Shown here: positions 26,637 to 35,962 of the stretch, piece by piece
Position numbering within the stretch: the first letter of the stretch is position 1
Layout of the letters: each line of letters begins with the position of its first letter
Assembly: GCA_963708185.1 (NCBI GenBank)
Contig: OY970195.1
Coordinates: 1,216,001-1,280,000 of the forward strand
Length of the DNA stretch: 64,000 nt
Source of the DNA: Candidatus Peregrinibacteria bacterium
GTDB taxonomy: Bacteria > Patescibacteriota > Gracilibacteria > UBA1369
Direction of reading: 5' to 3'
Position numbers and translations under genes: made by a program
Notes under the pieces: generated by a model
What the model saw: the letters and a program-made list of their open reading frames with translations, nothing else
Database searches by the model: none
What the model was told of the DNA's origin: nothing

Positions 26637-29600
26637 ATGATGGAACGCAAAGAAAAGTTCAAGCCACTTTCCCTGCTTGCGCTTGGAGTGTATCTTGTCA
26701 CGACGCTTATTGCCCCCGTTGCCTTTGCACTCGGAGTGCCTTTGACGTTGCCTCTCGTTAGCGTTACGTCCGTGACGATCACGCCGGCCAGTCCGCTCAT
26801 CATTGTTGGCAACACCCGACAGTTTACTGCGACGGCGAACTTCAGTGACGGCAGCAATGTGGACGTCACCAACAATGCTTCCACGACGTGGTCCGTTGAT
26901 GATCTCGGCGTGGGTACCGTGAATACGACCGGTCTCGTGAGCGCGGTCGCCGCGGGAAATACCAACGTCAACGCGCAGTATCTCGGCGTTACCGGCCATA
27001 CCGATTTCACTGTTTCCAACATCGTTCTTACGTCCGTGACCGTGACTCCGGCCAGTTCCACTTTTTCACAAGGACAGGCCCAGCAGTATACGGCCATTGC
27101 CACCTACAGCGATGCATCCACCGTCAACATCACCAATGATCCGGGTACCGTCTGGTCGGTGACCGACTCCACGCTCGGAAGTATTACTAATACGGGTTTG
27201 TTTTCTGCAAAGAACAAATTGGGATCTTCGACCGTTACCGCCACCTATCAAACCTTCACAGGGACCGCCAACTTTACAGTCCAGGCTGCAGCCGTGTCTC
27301 CCGCCGCTGGAGGCGGATCCGGCGGATCAAGCTCGAGCAGCAGCGGTGCTCCACCGCCAAGCCCGGCCCCGGAGACAACTCCACCGCCGAGCCCGGCTCC
27401 CGAAACAACTCCACCGCCGAGCCCGGCTCCCGAAACAACTCCACCGCCAAGCCCGGCCCCGGAGACAACTCCACCGCCAAGCCCGGCTCCCGAAACAACT
27501 CCACCGCCGAGCCCGGCACCCGAAACAACCCCTCCGCCGGCTCCGGGAATAACAAACACCCCGGAAGGCCAGATTCCTCCTCCGCTTCCGACGATCACGA
27601 TTCCTCCGTTCAGCCCGGATACCACTCCGGCAACGGTTACGTTGACGTCGCAGCCGGCACCGCAGAGTATTTCTGAAGTACTTCAGGGTTTGCTCGGCCA
27701 ACAGTTCATTCCTCCCGAAGACGGCATCACCCGCGGCGAGATCGTGGACAGAATTTTGAAGAAATTTGATATTGAAGGCACCAAGTCGGAATTGATCAGC
27801 AACTGCCGTGAAAACCTGGCGGACTGTCTTTCCATCTTTGCGTCCTATTCCAACTATAGCGGCCTTGAAGAGAACCTTCAGGCTTTGAACGTTCCGGGTT
27901 TCGAGAACGGTATTTTCGGTTCGGCACATGCCCAGGACACGACCCAGCAGGCCGATCCGCAGGTTCTCGGAGCCACGACCGTGGATGCTTCCGACTTCCA
28001 GCTCTATCCCGATACGCCTGTCGGTACGACTTTCCTTGATTCGATCAACAAGGCGACCATGCTCGGTATCGTCAACGGTTATTATGAAGAGCCGACGAGT
28101 CCGTTCAAGCCGGACCGTATCGTCACGCGCATCGAAGCGTTGAAGGTTCTTCTGGACGCCAACGACTTGATGAAATGGAAATACTATTCAGAACTTGAAG
28201 CGTTGCTCGGCGGACCCGACGGCATCAAGAACCAGAAAGTTCCGTTTAACGACGTTTTCCCGGACCGCAGCTACATGTGGTGGTATCCGCGCTACATCAA
28301 TAAAGCCTGCGAAGTGGGCATCATCGCCTGCAAACAGGGAACGAGTTTTGGTCCGGACGAGTTCATGACGAAGACCGAATTCAGCGGATGGATGAACAAT
28401 CTCGACGATTATTTTAAGACGAACGACGTGCCGGCGATTTTGAAAGGCGATCCGGATCTCGACACGCTCCCAACCTACATTGAAGACACGGTGTACCTCA
28501 CTAATCCTCAATCCAAAGATACCGATAACGATAAGCTTCCGGACAACGAAGAGGTCCAGCAGTACCACACCAGTCCGTTCCTCACCGATACGGATGCCGA
28601 CGGACTTTCCGATTATACTGAAGTTACCGTCGATCACACCGACCCGCTCAAAGTCGATACCGACGGTGACGGATACAGTGACGGCGCGGAAATCAGCGCC
28701 GGTACTGATCCGTTGGATCCGAACTCTTTCCCCGGACAGGTCAACGCGGTTACGAATATTCCGCAGTCCTGGGAACAGAAGTACAATATTCACGTTGCCG
28801 ACTGCAGCCAGGATACCGACAGCGACGGACTTTCCGACTGCCTTGAGTACCAGTACGTGACCGATCCGACCAAGGCGGATACCGACGGCGACGGATTCAC
28901 CGATGCCGAGGAAATTTTAACCATGCATACCGATCCGACCGATCCAAATGACCCGGGTCCGGCAAGCGATCCCGCGACGATCGAAAAACTCGGCGCTCGC
29001 ATCACCAACTTTATCGAGGGTCAGCTTGTTGCCGATCCTCAGCCGCTCGTGAAGGGCCTTTCTCCCGCCAACGCGATCGTCGAAATTGTTCTCCGCAACG
29101 ATTACGGCCTTGAAAAGATCATCGGCCAGGCGGTCGCGGACCAGAACAACGTTTTTATCTTCCAGGTTCCTCAGCCCATCCGCGACGGTAAATATTCACT
29201 CGTCGCCCGAGCCTTGATTCCCGATAAAAAGGAGGTGCTTGAATCTCCTCCGGTAAAGATCGTCATCGATTCCACCTTGAAGGTCACGCCGCCGGCTCCG
29301 CGAAAACTTGCCGACCAGCCGGTCACTGACGACAACCTTTTGAAAGACGTCCGTATTGAAATCCGCGACCAGAAACCGGTGCTCGTGGGAAAGACGGATT
29401 TTGGCAGCGAAGTTACGGCAACCTGGAGAAGTATCGTGGTGACGTCGGCGCTGATCGCCGATACAACAACCGGCGACTTCAGCATCCAGGCTCCGAGTAA
29501 CCTCGGCTACGGTGAACATGAGGTCTATGTTCAGGCCGTTCGCAAACAGGACAACGCCATGAGTAAGAATATCCGTCTTTCCTTTGCGGTCAGTCCTCCG

Positions 29601-29783
29601 CTTCCGGGCGGTGAACTCAAGCCGAGTGCTCCCGCACAGTCCCAGACCGTGGCACAGGCGTTCAGTACCTTCGTCCAGCGCCAGGGCTTCCTGTTCTGGT
29701 TGATCATGGGCGTCGTCGCGTTGATTCTTATCGCCACCGGCGCATACTGGTTCAGCGGCGCGTCGGGACGCAAGAAAAAATAG
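26637..29783 (+). CDS. Large surface protein: 2x Big_2 Ig-like, Pro-rich linker, SLH-like domains, DxDxDG (TSP3-like) Ca-binding repeats, Ig-like domains, C-terminal TM
   Basis: SVTITPAS..VGNTRQFTATANFSDGS; GIVNGY..PFKPDRIVTRIEALKVL; FNDV..WWYPRYI; DTDxDGxSDxxE repeats; C-terminal hydrophobic helix plus GRKKK. Confidence 0.85.
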   Translation: MMERKEKFKPLSLLALGVYLVTTLIAPVAFALGVPLTLPLVSVTSVTITPASPLIIVGNTRQFTATANFSDGSNVDVTNNASTTWSVDDLGVGTVNTTGLVSAVAAGNTNVNAQYLGVTGHTDFTVSNIVLTSVTVTPASSTFSQGQAQQYTAIATYSDASTVNITNDPGTVWSVTDSTLGSITNTGLFSAKNKLGSSTVTATYQTFTGTANFTVQAAAVSPAAGGGSGGSSSSSSGAPPPSPAPETTPPPSPAPETTPPPSPAPETTPPPSPAPETTPPPSPAPETTPPPSPAPETTPPPAPGITNTPEGQIPPPLPTITIPPFSPDTTPATVTLTSQPAPQSISEVLQGLLGQQFIPPEDGITRGEIVDRILKKFDIEGTKSELISNCRENLADCLSIFASYSNYSGLEENLQALNVPGFENGIFGSAHAQDTTQQADPQVLGATTVDASDFQLYPDTPVGTTFLDSINKATMLGIVNGYYEEPTSPFKPDRIVTRIEALKVLLDANDLMKWKYYSELEALLGGPDGIKNQKVPFNDVFPDRSYMWWYPRYINKACEVGIIACKQGTSFGPDEFMTKTEFSGWMNNLDDYFKTNDVPAILKGDPDLDTLPTYIEDTVYLTNPQSKDTDNDKLPDNEEVQQYHTSPFLTDTDADGLSDYTEVTVDHTDPLKVDTDGDGYSDGAEISAGTDPLDPNSFPGQVNAVTNIPQSWEQKYNIHVADCSQDTDSDGLSDCLEYQYVTDPTKADTDGDGFTDAEEILTMHTDPTDPNDPGPASDPATIEKLGARITNFIEGQLVADPQPLVKGLSPANAIVEIVLRNDYGLEKIIGQAVADQNNVFIFQVPQPIRDGKYSLVARALIPDKKEVLESPPVKIVIDSTLKVTPPAPRKLADQPVTDDNLLKDVRIEIRDQKPVLVGKTDFGSEVTATWRSIVVTSALIADTTTGDFSIQAPSNLGYGEHEVYVQAVRKQDNAMSKNIRLSFAVSPPLPGGELKPSAPAQSQTVAQAFSTFVQRQGFLFWLIMGVVALILIATGAYWFSGASGRKKK
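27351..27545 (+). repeat. Coding 30-bp tandem repeat, 6 full copies plus partial (PPPSPAPETT)
   Basis: ccaccgccRagcccggcHccSgaRacaacY repeated from 27351. Confidence 0.95.
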
Positions 29784-29826
29784 GCGCTTCATGCAGCGGC
29801 CCGCTTGATTGAACGTCAGCGCCGGC

Positions 29827-31773
29827 CTAGTACATTCCGGTCTGCAGACTTTCATCCTCCACGTGACCGGGGTTGTTGAGCGCGTCCTCTATTTTCTGCA
29901 GGCCGTAATCGTTGTTGGATTTTTCGTAGGCTTCCCTGGCGGTGTCGAAATCGTTGGTGTAGTATGCGTAATCGCCGATGATGTTGATGTAGTAACTGTT
30001 ATCGCCTTTGGCGTTGTAGACCTGTTCAAAGTTCGATTTTCTGACCGCCGGGTCTTTCGCCATGATGCTGGCCTTTATATAGTAGAGCAGTTTGAGTCTG
30101 GTGTTGGGAAGGTCCATGTCGCCGCGGATGCCGCGGACGACGGGATTTTGCATGGTCGGGGCCGGTATGGAAGGATTGCCGCCGTATTCGTAGACGAAGT
30201 TATAGGGATGCAGCCCCATGTTGATGTAGTTGGGCGGAAGCAGGTCGATGAAGACAGGCTTGCCGCCGTTTTTATCAACCCTGTTTTGCAAAAAATCCTG
30301 GCTCACCGGTGAGGTCGAGTAATAGATTTCCACCTGGACGTCGGGGCGTACGTGTTCGATCTCACGTAAATAGTAGAGCGGGAAGGTCATGTTGTCGCGG
30401 CCGGTGGAGATGAGGTAGCCGCCGGGGGGCAGGCTTTCCAGGGCCAGTTTGTTGAAGTCGTAGGCCACGAAGTTCCTGCTTTCGTTGTTGGGAACAAAGT
30501 TTTTGCCGAGCGTCACGGCGCCGGGAACAAGACAGACAATACTGAACCAGGTGGCGAGCTCTTTATTGGTAAAGCTGTCGTGGAGCCACACAAAGCCTTG
30601 GCTTATGATGATGCCAAGCACCATAATGGAGGGCATCATAAACGGTTCGGTGCTGAAGGTGGCGTAGTCGTTCATGTCCGCGTCGATGGGCGTGAAGATG
30701 AGCAGGATGGTGGTGTAGCAGAGGAACAGCATCAGGATGAAAGCGCCCCACTTGGGATCTTTTTTGAAGAGATAATAGAGGCCGGGCAAAAAGAAGAAGA
30801 GCGGGATGTAGAGGTATTCGCGCGTGATGATTTTGAGCAGTGGGACGAGTCCGTTGCCGTTACCGTTCAAGAAGCGCGTGCCGTAGCTTGTAAAGAAATC
30901 CTTGATGTCCAGGACCCAGGCCGGGAGGTGCTCGACGGCGGCTTCCTGCGTGGCTTCGTCGGTGGGGACGTTGACGGTGCCGCCGTAGATTTTGCGGTTC
31001 ACAAAACTGATAAAGGAGTCCCAGGTGTAGAGTCCATTGTGTTCAATGAAGGCCGGATTATTGTACGGCGCAACATATGTGCGGATGGGCAGATAGGCGT
31101 AGACGGAAAGTCCCAGCGCCAGTAACCCCAGGCAGCCAAAAACGATTTTGGGATTGATGATGACTTTCCAGTTCTTGATGAGCACGTAGAGGCCCATGGC
31201 CGGCAAAGCCAGCAGCAAAAGATGATGGTCGCCGACGCCGATTCCGAAAACCAGGGCCGTTAACAAGAGCCACAAATTCTTTTTTTCTTCATTCCAGCGA
31301 AGAAGCAGATAGATGACGAGCGCCAGGGCGAAGGTGTTCAGGGTGTAGACCTCGGCGCGGTTGGATTGGCTCCAGACGATGCTGGTGAAGGCGTAGAAAA
31401 TGGCGCCGCCAAAGGCGATGATCTCGTTCTTGCCTTTCTTTTTGATGATGAGATAAATAAGCTGGGCGGTGAGTGCGCCAAAGAGTGCGGACATGATGTT
31501 GATGCGCCACGCGGGATTGCCGAAAGGGACGAGGTAGGAAAAAATTTTTCCCAGTATGGTGTAGAGAGGATAGCCGGGCGGGTGGGCGATGTCCGGCAAA
31601 AGCGCGGAGGTGATGAGTTCGCCGGAGTCTTCGGTCTGCACCGTGGGGTACATGGTCAAAAGGTACGTGAAATAGACCACGAAGAAGACGAGCAGCCCGC
31701 TGATTTTTGAAAAGACGATGGCGGCGATTTTTTTGTATTCCGCAGTACGCTTGGAAGTGTGTTTTGTCGGCAT
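29827..31773 (-). CDS. Second DUF2723/TMEM260-like GT-C glycosyltransferase
   Basis: YPTVQTEDSGEL..DIAHPPGYPLY, WSQSNRAEVYTLN, GVGDHHL, YAYLPIR, RDNMTFPLYY; start moved to ATG 31773 because the ORF-track start lies inside a tRNA. Confidence 0.85.
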   Translation of the reverse strand: MPTKHTSKRTAEYKKIAAIVFSKISGLLVFFVVYFTYLLTMYPTVQTEDSGELITSALLPDIAHPPGYPLYTILGKIFSYLVPFGNPAWRINIMSALFGALTAQLIYLIIKKKGKNEIIAFGGAIFYAFTSIVWSQSNRAEVYTLNTFALALVIYLLLRWNEEKKNLWLLLTALVFGIGVGDHHLLLLALPAMGLYVLIKNWKVIINPKIVFGCLGLLALGLSVYAYLPIRTYVAPYNNPAFIEHNGLYTWDSFISFVNRKIYGGTVNVPTDEATQEAAVEHLPAWVLDIKDFFTSYGTRFLNGNGNGLVPLLKIITREYLYIPLFFFLPGLYYLFKKDPKWGAFILMLFLCYTTILLIFTPIDADMNDYATFSTEPFMMPSIMVLGIIISQGFVWLHDSFTNKELATWFSIVCLVPGAVTLGKNFVPNNESRNFVAYDFNKLALESLPPGGYLISTGRDNMTFPLYYLREIEHVRPDVQVEIYYSTSPVSQDFLQNRVDKNGGKPVFIDLLPPNYINMGLHPYNFVYEYGGNPSIPAPTMQNPVVRGIRGDMDLPNTRLKLLYYIKASIMAKDPAVRKSNFEQVYNAKGDNSYYINIIGDYAYYTNDFDTAREAYEKSNNDYGLQKIEDALNNPGHVEDESLQTGMY

Positions 31774-31790
31774 GTGTTTCCAGATCGAAA

Positions 31791-31866
31791 TGGTCGGAGT
31801 GGCGGGACTCGAACCCACGACCTCAGCGTCCCGAACGCTGCGCGCTACCAACTGCGCTACACTCCG
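31791..31866 (-). tRNA. tRNA-Pro (CGG)
   Basis: CGGAGTGTAGCGCAGTTGGTAGCGCGCAGCG-TTCGGGA-CGCTGAGGTCGTGGGTTCGAGTCCCGCCACTCCGACCA; 76 nt cloverleaf with encoded CCA. Confidence 0.97.
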
Positions 31867-31923
31867 TCGGCGTTCATTATCCTTATATTTGCGCTCGCGG
31901 GCAAGCCATTATACACTGCTCCC

Positions 31924-32775
31924 ATGAAACTCAAGTTTATGCATATTCCGGCTCTGGTTCTGCTGCTGGTGGCCGTGACGTTTGGCGGCTGCGCACCGGA
32001 CAACCATGTGAAAGTGCTCTACAGCACCGACGGTTCGGAGCAGGCCGCCGACACCTGGCATCAAGTCCAGGACGGGCTTTCTTATGCCAATATTCTGGTG
32101 GACGCCCAGGACGGATCGCGCAAGGAGTTCTTTCTGGTCAAAGTGGACCCGCACTTGTTTGAGTTCAAAATCTACAACAATACTGATCAGAAAAAGGCCA
32201 AGTCGCTCCAGCAAATTCATCAGGAGCAGAGCTCGGTGCTCACGTTTAACGGGGCGTTCTTTGATACGGATTTCAAGGCGATGGGTTTGCTGCAGGATTC
32301 AACCGCGCTTTCGCACGGGCAAGGTTCTTCCGGTTTGATGAACGGGATTTTCCAGGTTTCCAATACGGCCTCGAATCCGCTGGCGCAGGTCCATTCCACG
32401 CAAAATGTTCCCGGCGACAAGCAGAGTTTCATGATCCAGAACGGGCCGGTGCTCCTGGACAACGACGGTTCGATCCCGCTGGGTGTGGATACGGGCAAGT
32501 TGGCGGCGCGCACGGTCATTGGCGTGGATCGCGACGGCAACGTGATCCTTATTGTGCTGCATCAGAGTCTGATCAACAGCAACAACACACTTTCGCTGTA
32601 TTCCCTGGCGCACCTTTTAAAAGAAGACCCGCAGTTCGGGCAACTCGGTTTGCATTCGGTGCTGAACCTGGACGGCGGTCCGTCGACGGGCGTGGTGGTG
32701 GGAACGGAATATCTTCCTGAGATCAACAACGTGCAGAATGCGGTCATTACGTTGCCAAGGCAACAGAAACTTTAG
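31924..32775 (+). CDS. Phosphodiester glycosidase (NAGPA/DUF2233-like) lipoprotein
   Basis: Lipobox VTFGGC; FNGAFFD, QNGPVLL, ARTVIGVD, LNLDGGPST; start at ATG 31924. Confidence 0.82.
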   Translation: MKLKFMHIPALVLLLVAVTFGGCAPDNHVKVLYSTDGSEQAADTWHQVQDGLSYANILVDAQDGSRKEFFLVKVDPHLFEFKIYNNTDQKKAKSLQQIHQEQSSVLTFNGAFFDTDFKAMGLLQDSTALSHGQGSSGLMNGIFQVSNTASNPLAQVHSTQNVPGDKQSFMIQNGPVLLDNDGSIPLGVDTGKLAARTVIGVDRDGNVILIVLHQSLINSNNTLSLYSLAHLLKEDPQFGQLGLHSVLNLDGGPSTGVVVGTEYLPEINNVQNAVITLPRQQKL

Positions 32776-32787
32776 TATGGTACGGGC

Positions 32788-33855
32788 ATGAACAAGCGAT
32801 TTTTCGTTATCGGGGATATTGAGATGGGGGGCGGCGACGTGATGGATGACTTCCATGATGACGACGCGCTCGTGAAGTTTATAAGATATGTGGGGAATGG
32901 TGACGAAGCCGTCGGTGCTGGCGCTGGACGTCCGGACGAAGAGGTCGTTCTCATTTTGAACGGCGACACCTTCGATTTTTTGAAGATGGATTATAAAGGG
33001 AAGTATCCCCGGTACATCACGGAAGAGATTTCCATGTGGAAGCTGGAGCGGGTGATGAAGGCGCACCCCGGGGTGTTCAAGGCGCTGGCTGATTTTGCAA
33101 GCATTCCGAAGCGCAGGCTGATCTTTGTCATCGGCAACCATGACGCAGACCTGGCGTGGCCTCAACTCCAACAAAAAATTCTGCACGCGTTGGGCGCGGC
33201 GTCGGGGCACGGCACAAAAGTGGAGTTCACGCACGCCTACGAAGACGAGCATTTTCATGTGCAGCACGGGAACATTATTGATCCGGTGTTCGGGTTCGAT
33301 TACGCCACTCCGATTATTGAGCACAAAGGGAAGAAGATCCTCAACCTGCCGCTGGGGGCGCATATTTCCATGCAGTACCTCACGCCGTTCAAGCGCAAAT
33401 TCCACAAGGAGGAGGCGCTGTATCCGCAGCACGAGGTGCTGGAAAAGTTTCCGGAGTATAAAAAGGAGCTCGGCAAGCTGATGCGGCGGCGTCTGCCGAA
33501 GATTTTTTTGTTCGATCCGATTCTCCATCCGGGTGATCCCATGTACCGCGTACCCTACGGGAGGATTCTGCGGCATCTGCTTCGGCACGGCTTTGACCGC
33601 GTCCACGACGACCGCTTCCTGGATATTGAGGAGCTGGACACGCTGTTCGGCAGAAAACAGGTGTACGTGCTTTCACACGCGCACGTGCTTAAAGACCGCA
33701 TGCACAAGGGCGGAAGGTACCTTTTTGTGGACTGCTGGAGGACCGAGCTCAACGTGCTGAGCCAAGACCTTGCGGGCAAGCCCAAAACCTATGTTGAAAT
33801 CGCCGTTAAAGGTGATACACTGGCCTCTGCCGATCTGAAGGTTTTTGAGGTATAA
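32788..33855 (+). CDS. Calcineurin-like metallophosphoesterase
   Basis: VIGDIEMG, LNGDTFDF, VIGNHD, QHGN, LSHAH. Confidence 0.8.
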   Translation: MNKRFFVIGDIEMGGGDVMDDFHDDDALVKFIRYVGNGDEAVGAGAGRPDEEVVLILNGDTFDFLKMDYKGKYPRYITEEISMWKLERVMKAHPGVFKALADFASIPKRRLIFVIGNHDADLAWPQLQQKILHALGAASGHGTKVEFTHAYEDEHFHVQHGNIIDPVFGFDYATPIIEHKGKKILNLPLGAHISMQYLTPFKRKFHKEEALYPQHEVLEKFPEYKKELGKLMRRRLPKIFLFDPILHPGDPMYRVPYGRILRHLLRHGFDRVHDDRFLDIEELDTLFGRKQVYVLSHAHVLKDRMHKGGRYLFVDCWRTELNVLSQDLAGKPKTYVEIAVKGDTLASADLKVFEV

Positions 33856-33984
33856 TCAAGACGTCGGAATAGGGCAAACCTCTCCTCGAACCATTATAAC
33901 TGGGTTATAATGGTCTCGGAGTCCTCCACTCCGACTTCGCGGTTCGCGAAGTCTTCGTTCCGGACCGGTTTGCTCGCAATTGAT

Positions 33985-34060
33985 CGGAGTGTAGCGTAGT
34001 TGGTAGCGCGCACCCATGGGGTGGGTGAGGTCGTGGGTTCGAATCCCGCCACTCCGACCA
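33985..34060 (+). tRNA. tRNA-Pro (GGG)
   Basis: CGGAGTGTAGCGTAGTTGGTAGCGCGCACCC-ATGGGGT-GGGTGAGGTCGTGGGTTCGAATCCCGCCACTCCGACCA; 76 nt with encoded CCA. Confidence 0.97.
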
Positions 34061-34081
34061 TTGAAATTCGATATTTTTCAT

Positions 34082-34128
34082 TTGACACTTTTTTCGTCAC
34101 ACTCTATCATTCAACTGTATGGTTGAAT
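34082..34128 (+). promoter_or_regulatory. Promoter plus ArsR-type operator overlapping the start codon
   Basis: TTGACA-N17-TATCAT, then inverted repeat ATTCAAC-N6-GTTGAAT (34109-34128) spanning the ATG. Confidence 0.75.
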
Positions 34129-34469
34129 ATTCTTTACAGTTGAATTCGGTTTTTGGGTCGCTTGCTGATGCCACGCGGCGAGATATTCTTCAAAGAGTGG
34201 CAAAGAAAGAACTTTCGGTCGGTGAGATCGCTCAATCTTATCACCTGACCTTTGCCGCTATTTCCAAGCACCTTATGGTCCTGGAAAAAGCTCAACTCAT
34301 CGTTAAACACCGGGAAGGCAAACAACAGTATGTTCAGCTTGCGCCTGCCCAGCTTAAAAATGCGGCTGATTATCTCATCGGCTATCAAAAATTGTGGGAA
34401 GGCCGTCTTGATTCACTCGAACAGTATTTATTAACTCTTCAAACCGATGGGAAACGATCTTCAAAATAA
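34119..34469 (+). CDS. ArsR/SmtB family transcriptional regulator
   Basis: FGSLADATRRDIL, SVGEIA, AISKHLMVLEKAQLI, W..RLDSLE. Confidence 0.92.
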   Translation: MVEYSLQLNSVFGSLADATRRDILQRVAKKELSVGEIAQSYHLTFAAISKHLMVLEKAQLIVKHREGKQQYVQLAPAQLKNAADYLIGYQKLWEGRLDSLEQYLLTLQTDGKRSSK

Positions 34470-35439
34470 CGTGGAAGTCGTTGATGGCGTTCTTATTATT
34501 ACCCGTTTTATCGATGCGCCGCGTGAACTGGTCTTCAAGGCGTGGAGCGAGAAAGACCATCTTGTGAAATGGTGGGGCCAGCCTAAAAATGCAACGATGC
34601 CTTTTTGTGAAGTAAATTTCAAAATCGGCGGCTATTTTCATTTCAAGGTGGAAAATCCCGGATGGCCGGTTGTCTGGGGGAAGGGTATCTATACCGAAAT
34701 CAAAGCGCCTGAACGAATCGCTTTTGATAATTATTTTTCCAATGAAAAAGGGGATCTGATCATGAGTGGTGGTAAGGTTTCCGTTGTCATGCAAGAAATG
34801 AACGACGGGAAAACGAAAATGGTCGTCCATCATTCCGGTATTCATGAAGGAAACGGTGAAAGTCCGGCCCAGGGCACGATGGCCCAGTACAAACAAGGAT
34901 GGTCGGAGTCACTTGACCGTTTGGAGCATGATCTCTCGCACAATCTTCAAAACACGACAAAAACCGTCGATAACGCCGTAATTTTTACCCGTTATTACGA
35001 TGCTCCCCGGGAACTTCTTTGGAAAGTATGGACAACGCCTTCCATGCTGAAGGACTGGTGGGGACCGGACAATGTCGCCATTCCGGAATGTGAAGTTGAT
35101 TTACGCGTAGGCGGGAGATTTTATATTGTGATGGAGGCAGGCGAGGCCATGGGGCCTTTCAAAGGCACCAGATGGCCAATGGATGCCAAGTTTACCGTAG
35201 TGGAGCCAAATTCTGCATTGGCCTATGCTTCGAAAGCCTGGACCGAAGGCGATGAACAGGGAACCGAAATAGAACAAACCACGGAAATTACTTTTGCCGA
35301 TGACCATGGTAAAACCAAAGTGGAAGTGAAAGTTGTTATTTCATCCGTCGGACCAAAAGCCGGAATGGCTGTCCAGGGCATGCAAATGGGCTTCAATCAA
35401 CAGTTCGATAAGCTGGAAAAATATTTGGCAAAATTATAA
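34447..35439 (+). CDS. Tandem SRPBCC/AHSA1-like domain protein
   Basis: Two copies of TRxxDAPRELxxKxW...WWGP...GG.F...GWxxxLDRL. Confidence 0.9.
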   Translation: MGNDLQNNVEVVDGVLIITRFIDAPRELVFKAWSEKDHLVKWWGQPKNATMPFCEVNFKIGGYFHFKVENPGWPVVWGKGIYTEIKAPERIAFDNYFSNEKGDLIMSGGKVSVVMQEMNDGKTKMVVHHSGIHEGNGESPAQGTMAQYKQGWSESLDRLEHDLSHNLQNTTKTVDNAVIFTRYYDAPRELLWKVWTTPSMLKDWWGPDNVAIPECEVDLRVGGRFYIVMEAGEAMGPFKGTRWPMDAKFTVVEPNSALAYASKAWTEGDEQGTEIEQTTEITFADDHGKTKVEVKVVISSVGPKAGMAVQGMQMGFNQQFDKLEKYLAKL

Positions 35440-35465
35440 TTCATCATCCCTTATCATTCTACTTT

Positions 35466-35912
35466 ATGATCATGCTTTTACTTTCCCTTGCCGGCGTTGT
35501 CATTGCAATAATTGTTGGATCACTTTGGTATTCCAATGCCACGCCAATGGGAAAGATTCACATGCGGTACCTTGGTTTTGATAAACTGTCGAAAGAGGAG
35601 CAAATGCACAAAATGAAAACTGCCCAACCAATGATGTGGAAGATGTATACCGCACAGATGCTGTTAGCGCTTTTGACATCTTTCGCGGTGGTTTTTATCA
35701 TCACCGAGAGTATACAGAATGGTGTGCCGTTCGCTATGGCTTTAGGATTCATTCTGGTTAACTGGCTCTGTTTCATGGTCCCGGCCATTGGTCAACAAAT
35801 ACTCTGGAGTAATTGTGACCGGAAGATTGCCTGGCAGAAATTCTTCTCGGATATTCTTTGTAATCTGGTGACCGTACTCTTCATTGCAGTCATGACCAGT
35901 TTCTTTGTCTAA
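35466..35912 (+). CDS. DUF1761-like membrane protein
   Basis: IVGSLWYS...GK motif and four TM segments. Confidence 0.6.
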   Translation: MIMLLLSLAGVVIAIIVGSLWYSNATPMGKIHMRYLGFDKLSKEEQMHKMKTAQPMMWKMYTAQMLLALLTSFAVVFIITESIQNGVPFAMALGFILVNWLCFMVPAIGQQILWSNCDRKIAWQKFFSDILCNLVTVLFIAVMTSFFV

Positions 35913-35962
35913 AATTTAAGATTTTGGGTTTTTTGCGGCAGGAGTTTGTGTCCTAACAAATA

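Noticed and set aside
27351-27545. CRISPR-like periodic repeat
   Set aside because: Contiguous 30-bp units without unique spacers, in frame, with synonymous variation; no cas genes in the window
31759-31923. ORF-track N-terminal extensions of 29827..31851(-) and 31759..32775(+)
   Set aside because: Both run through tRNA-Pro(CGG); downstream ATGs at 31773 and 31924 fit the protein families
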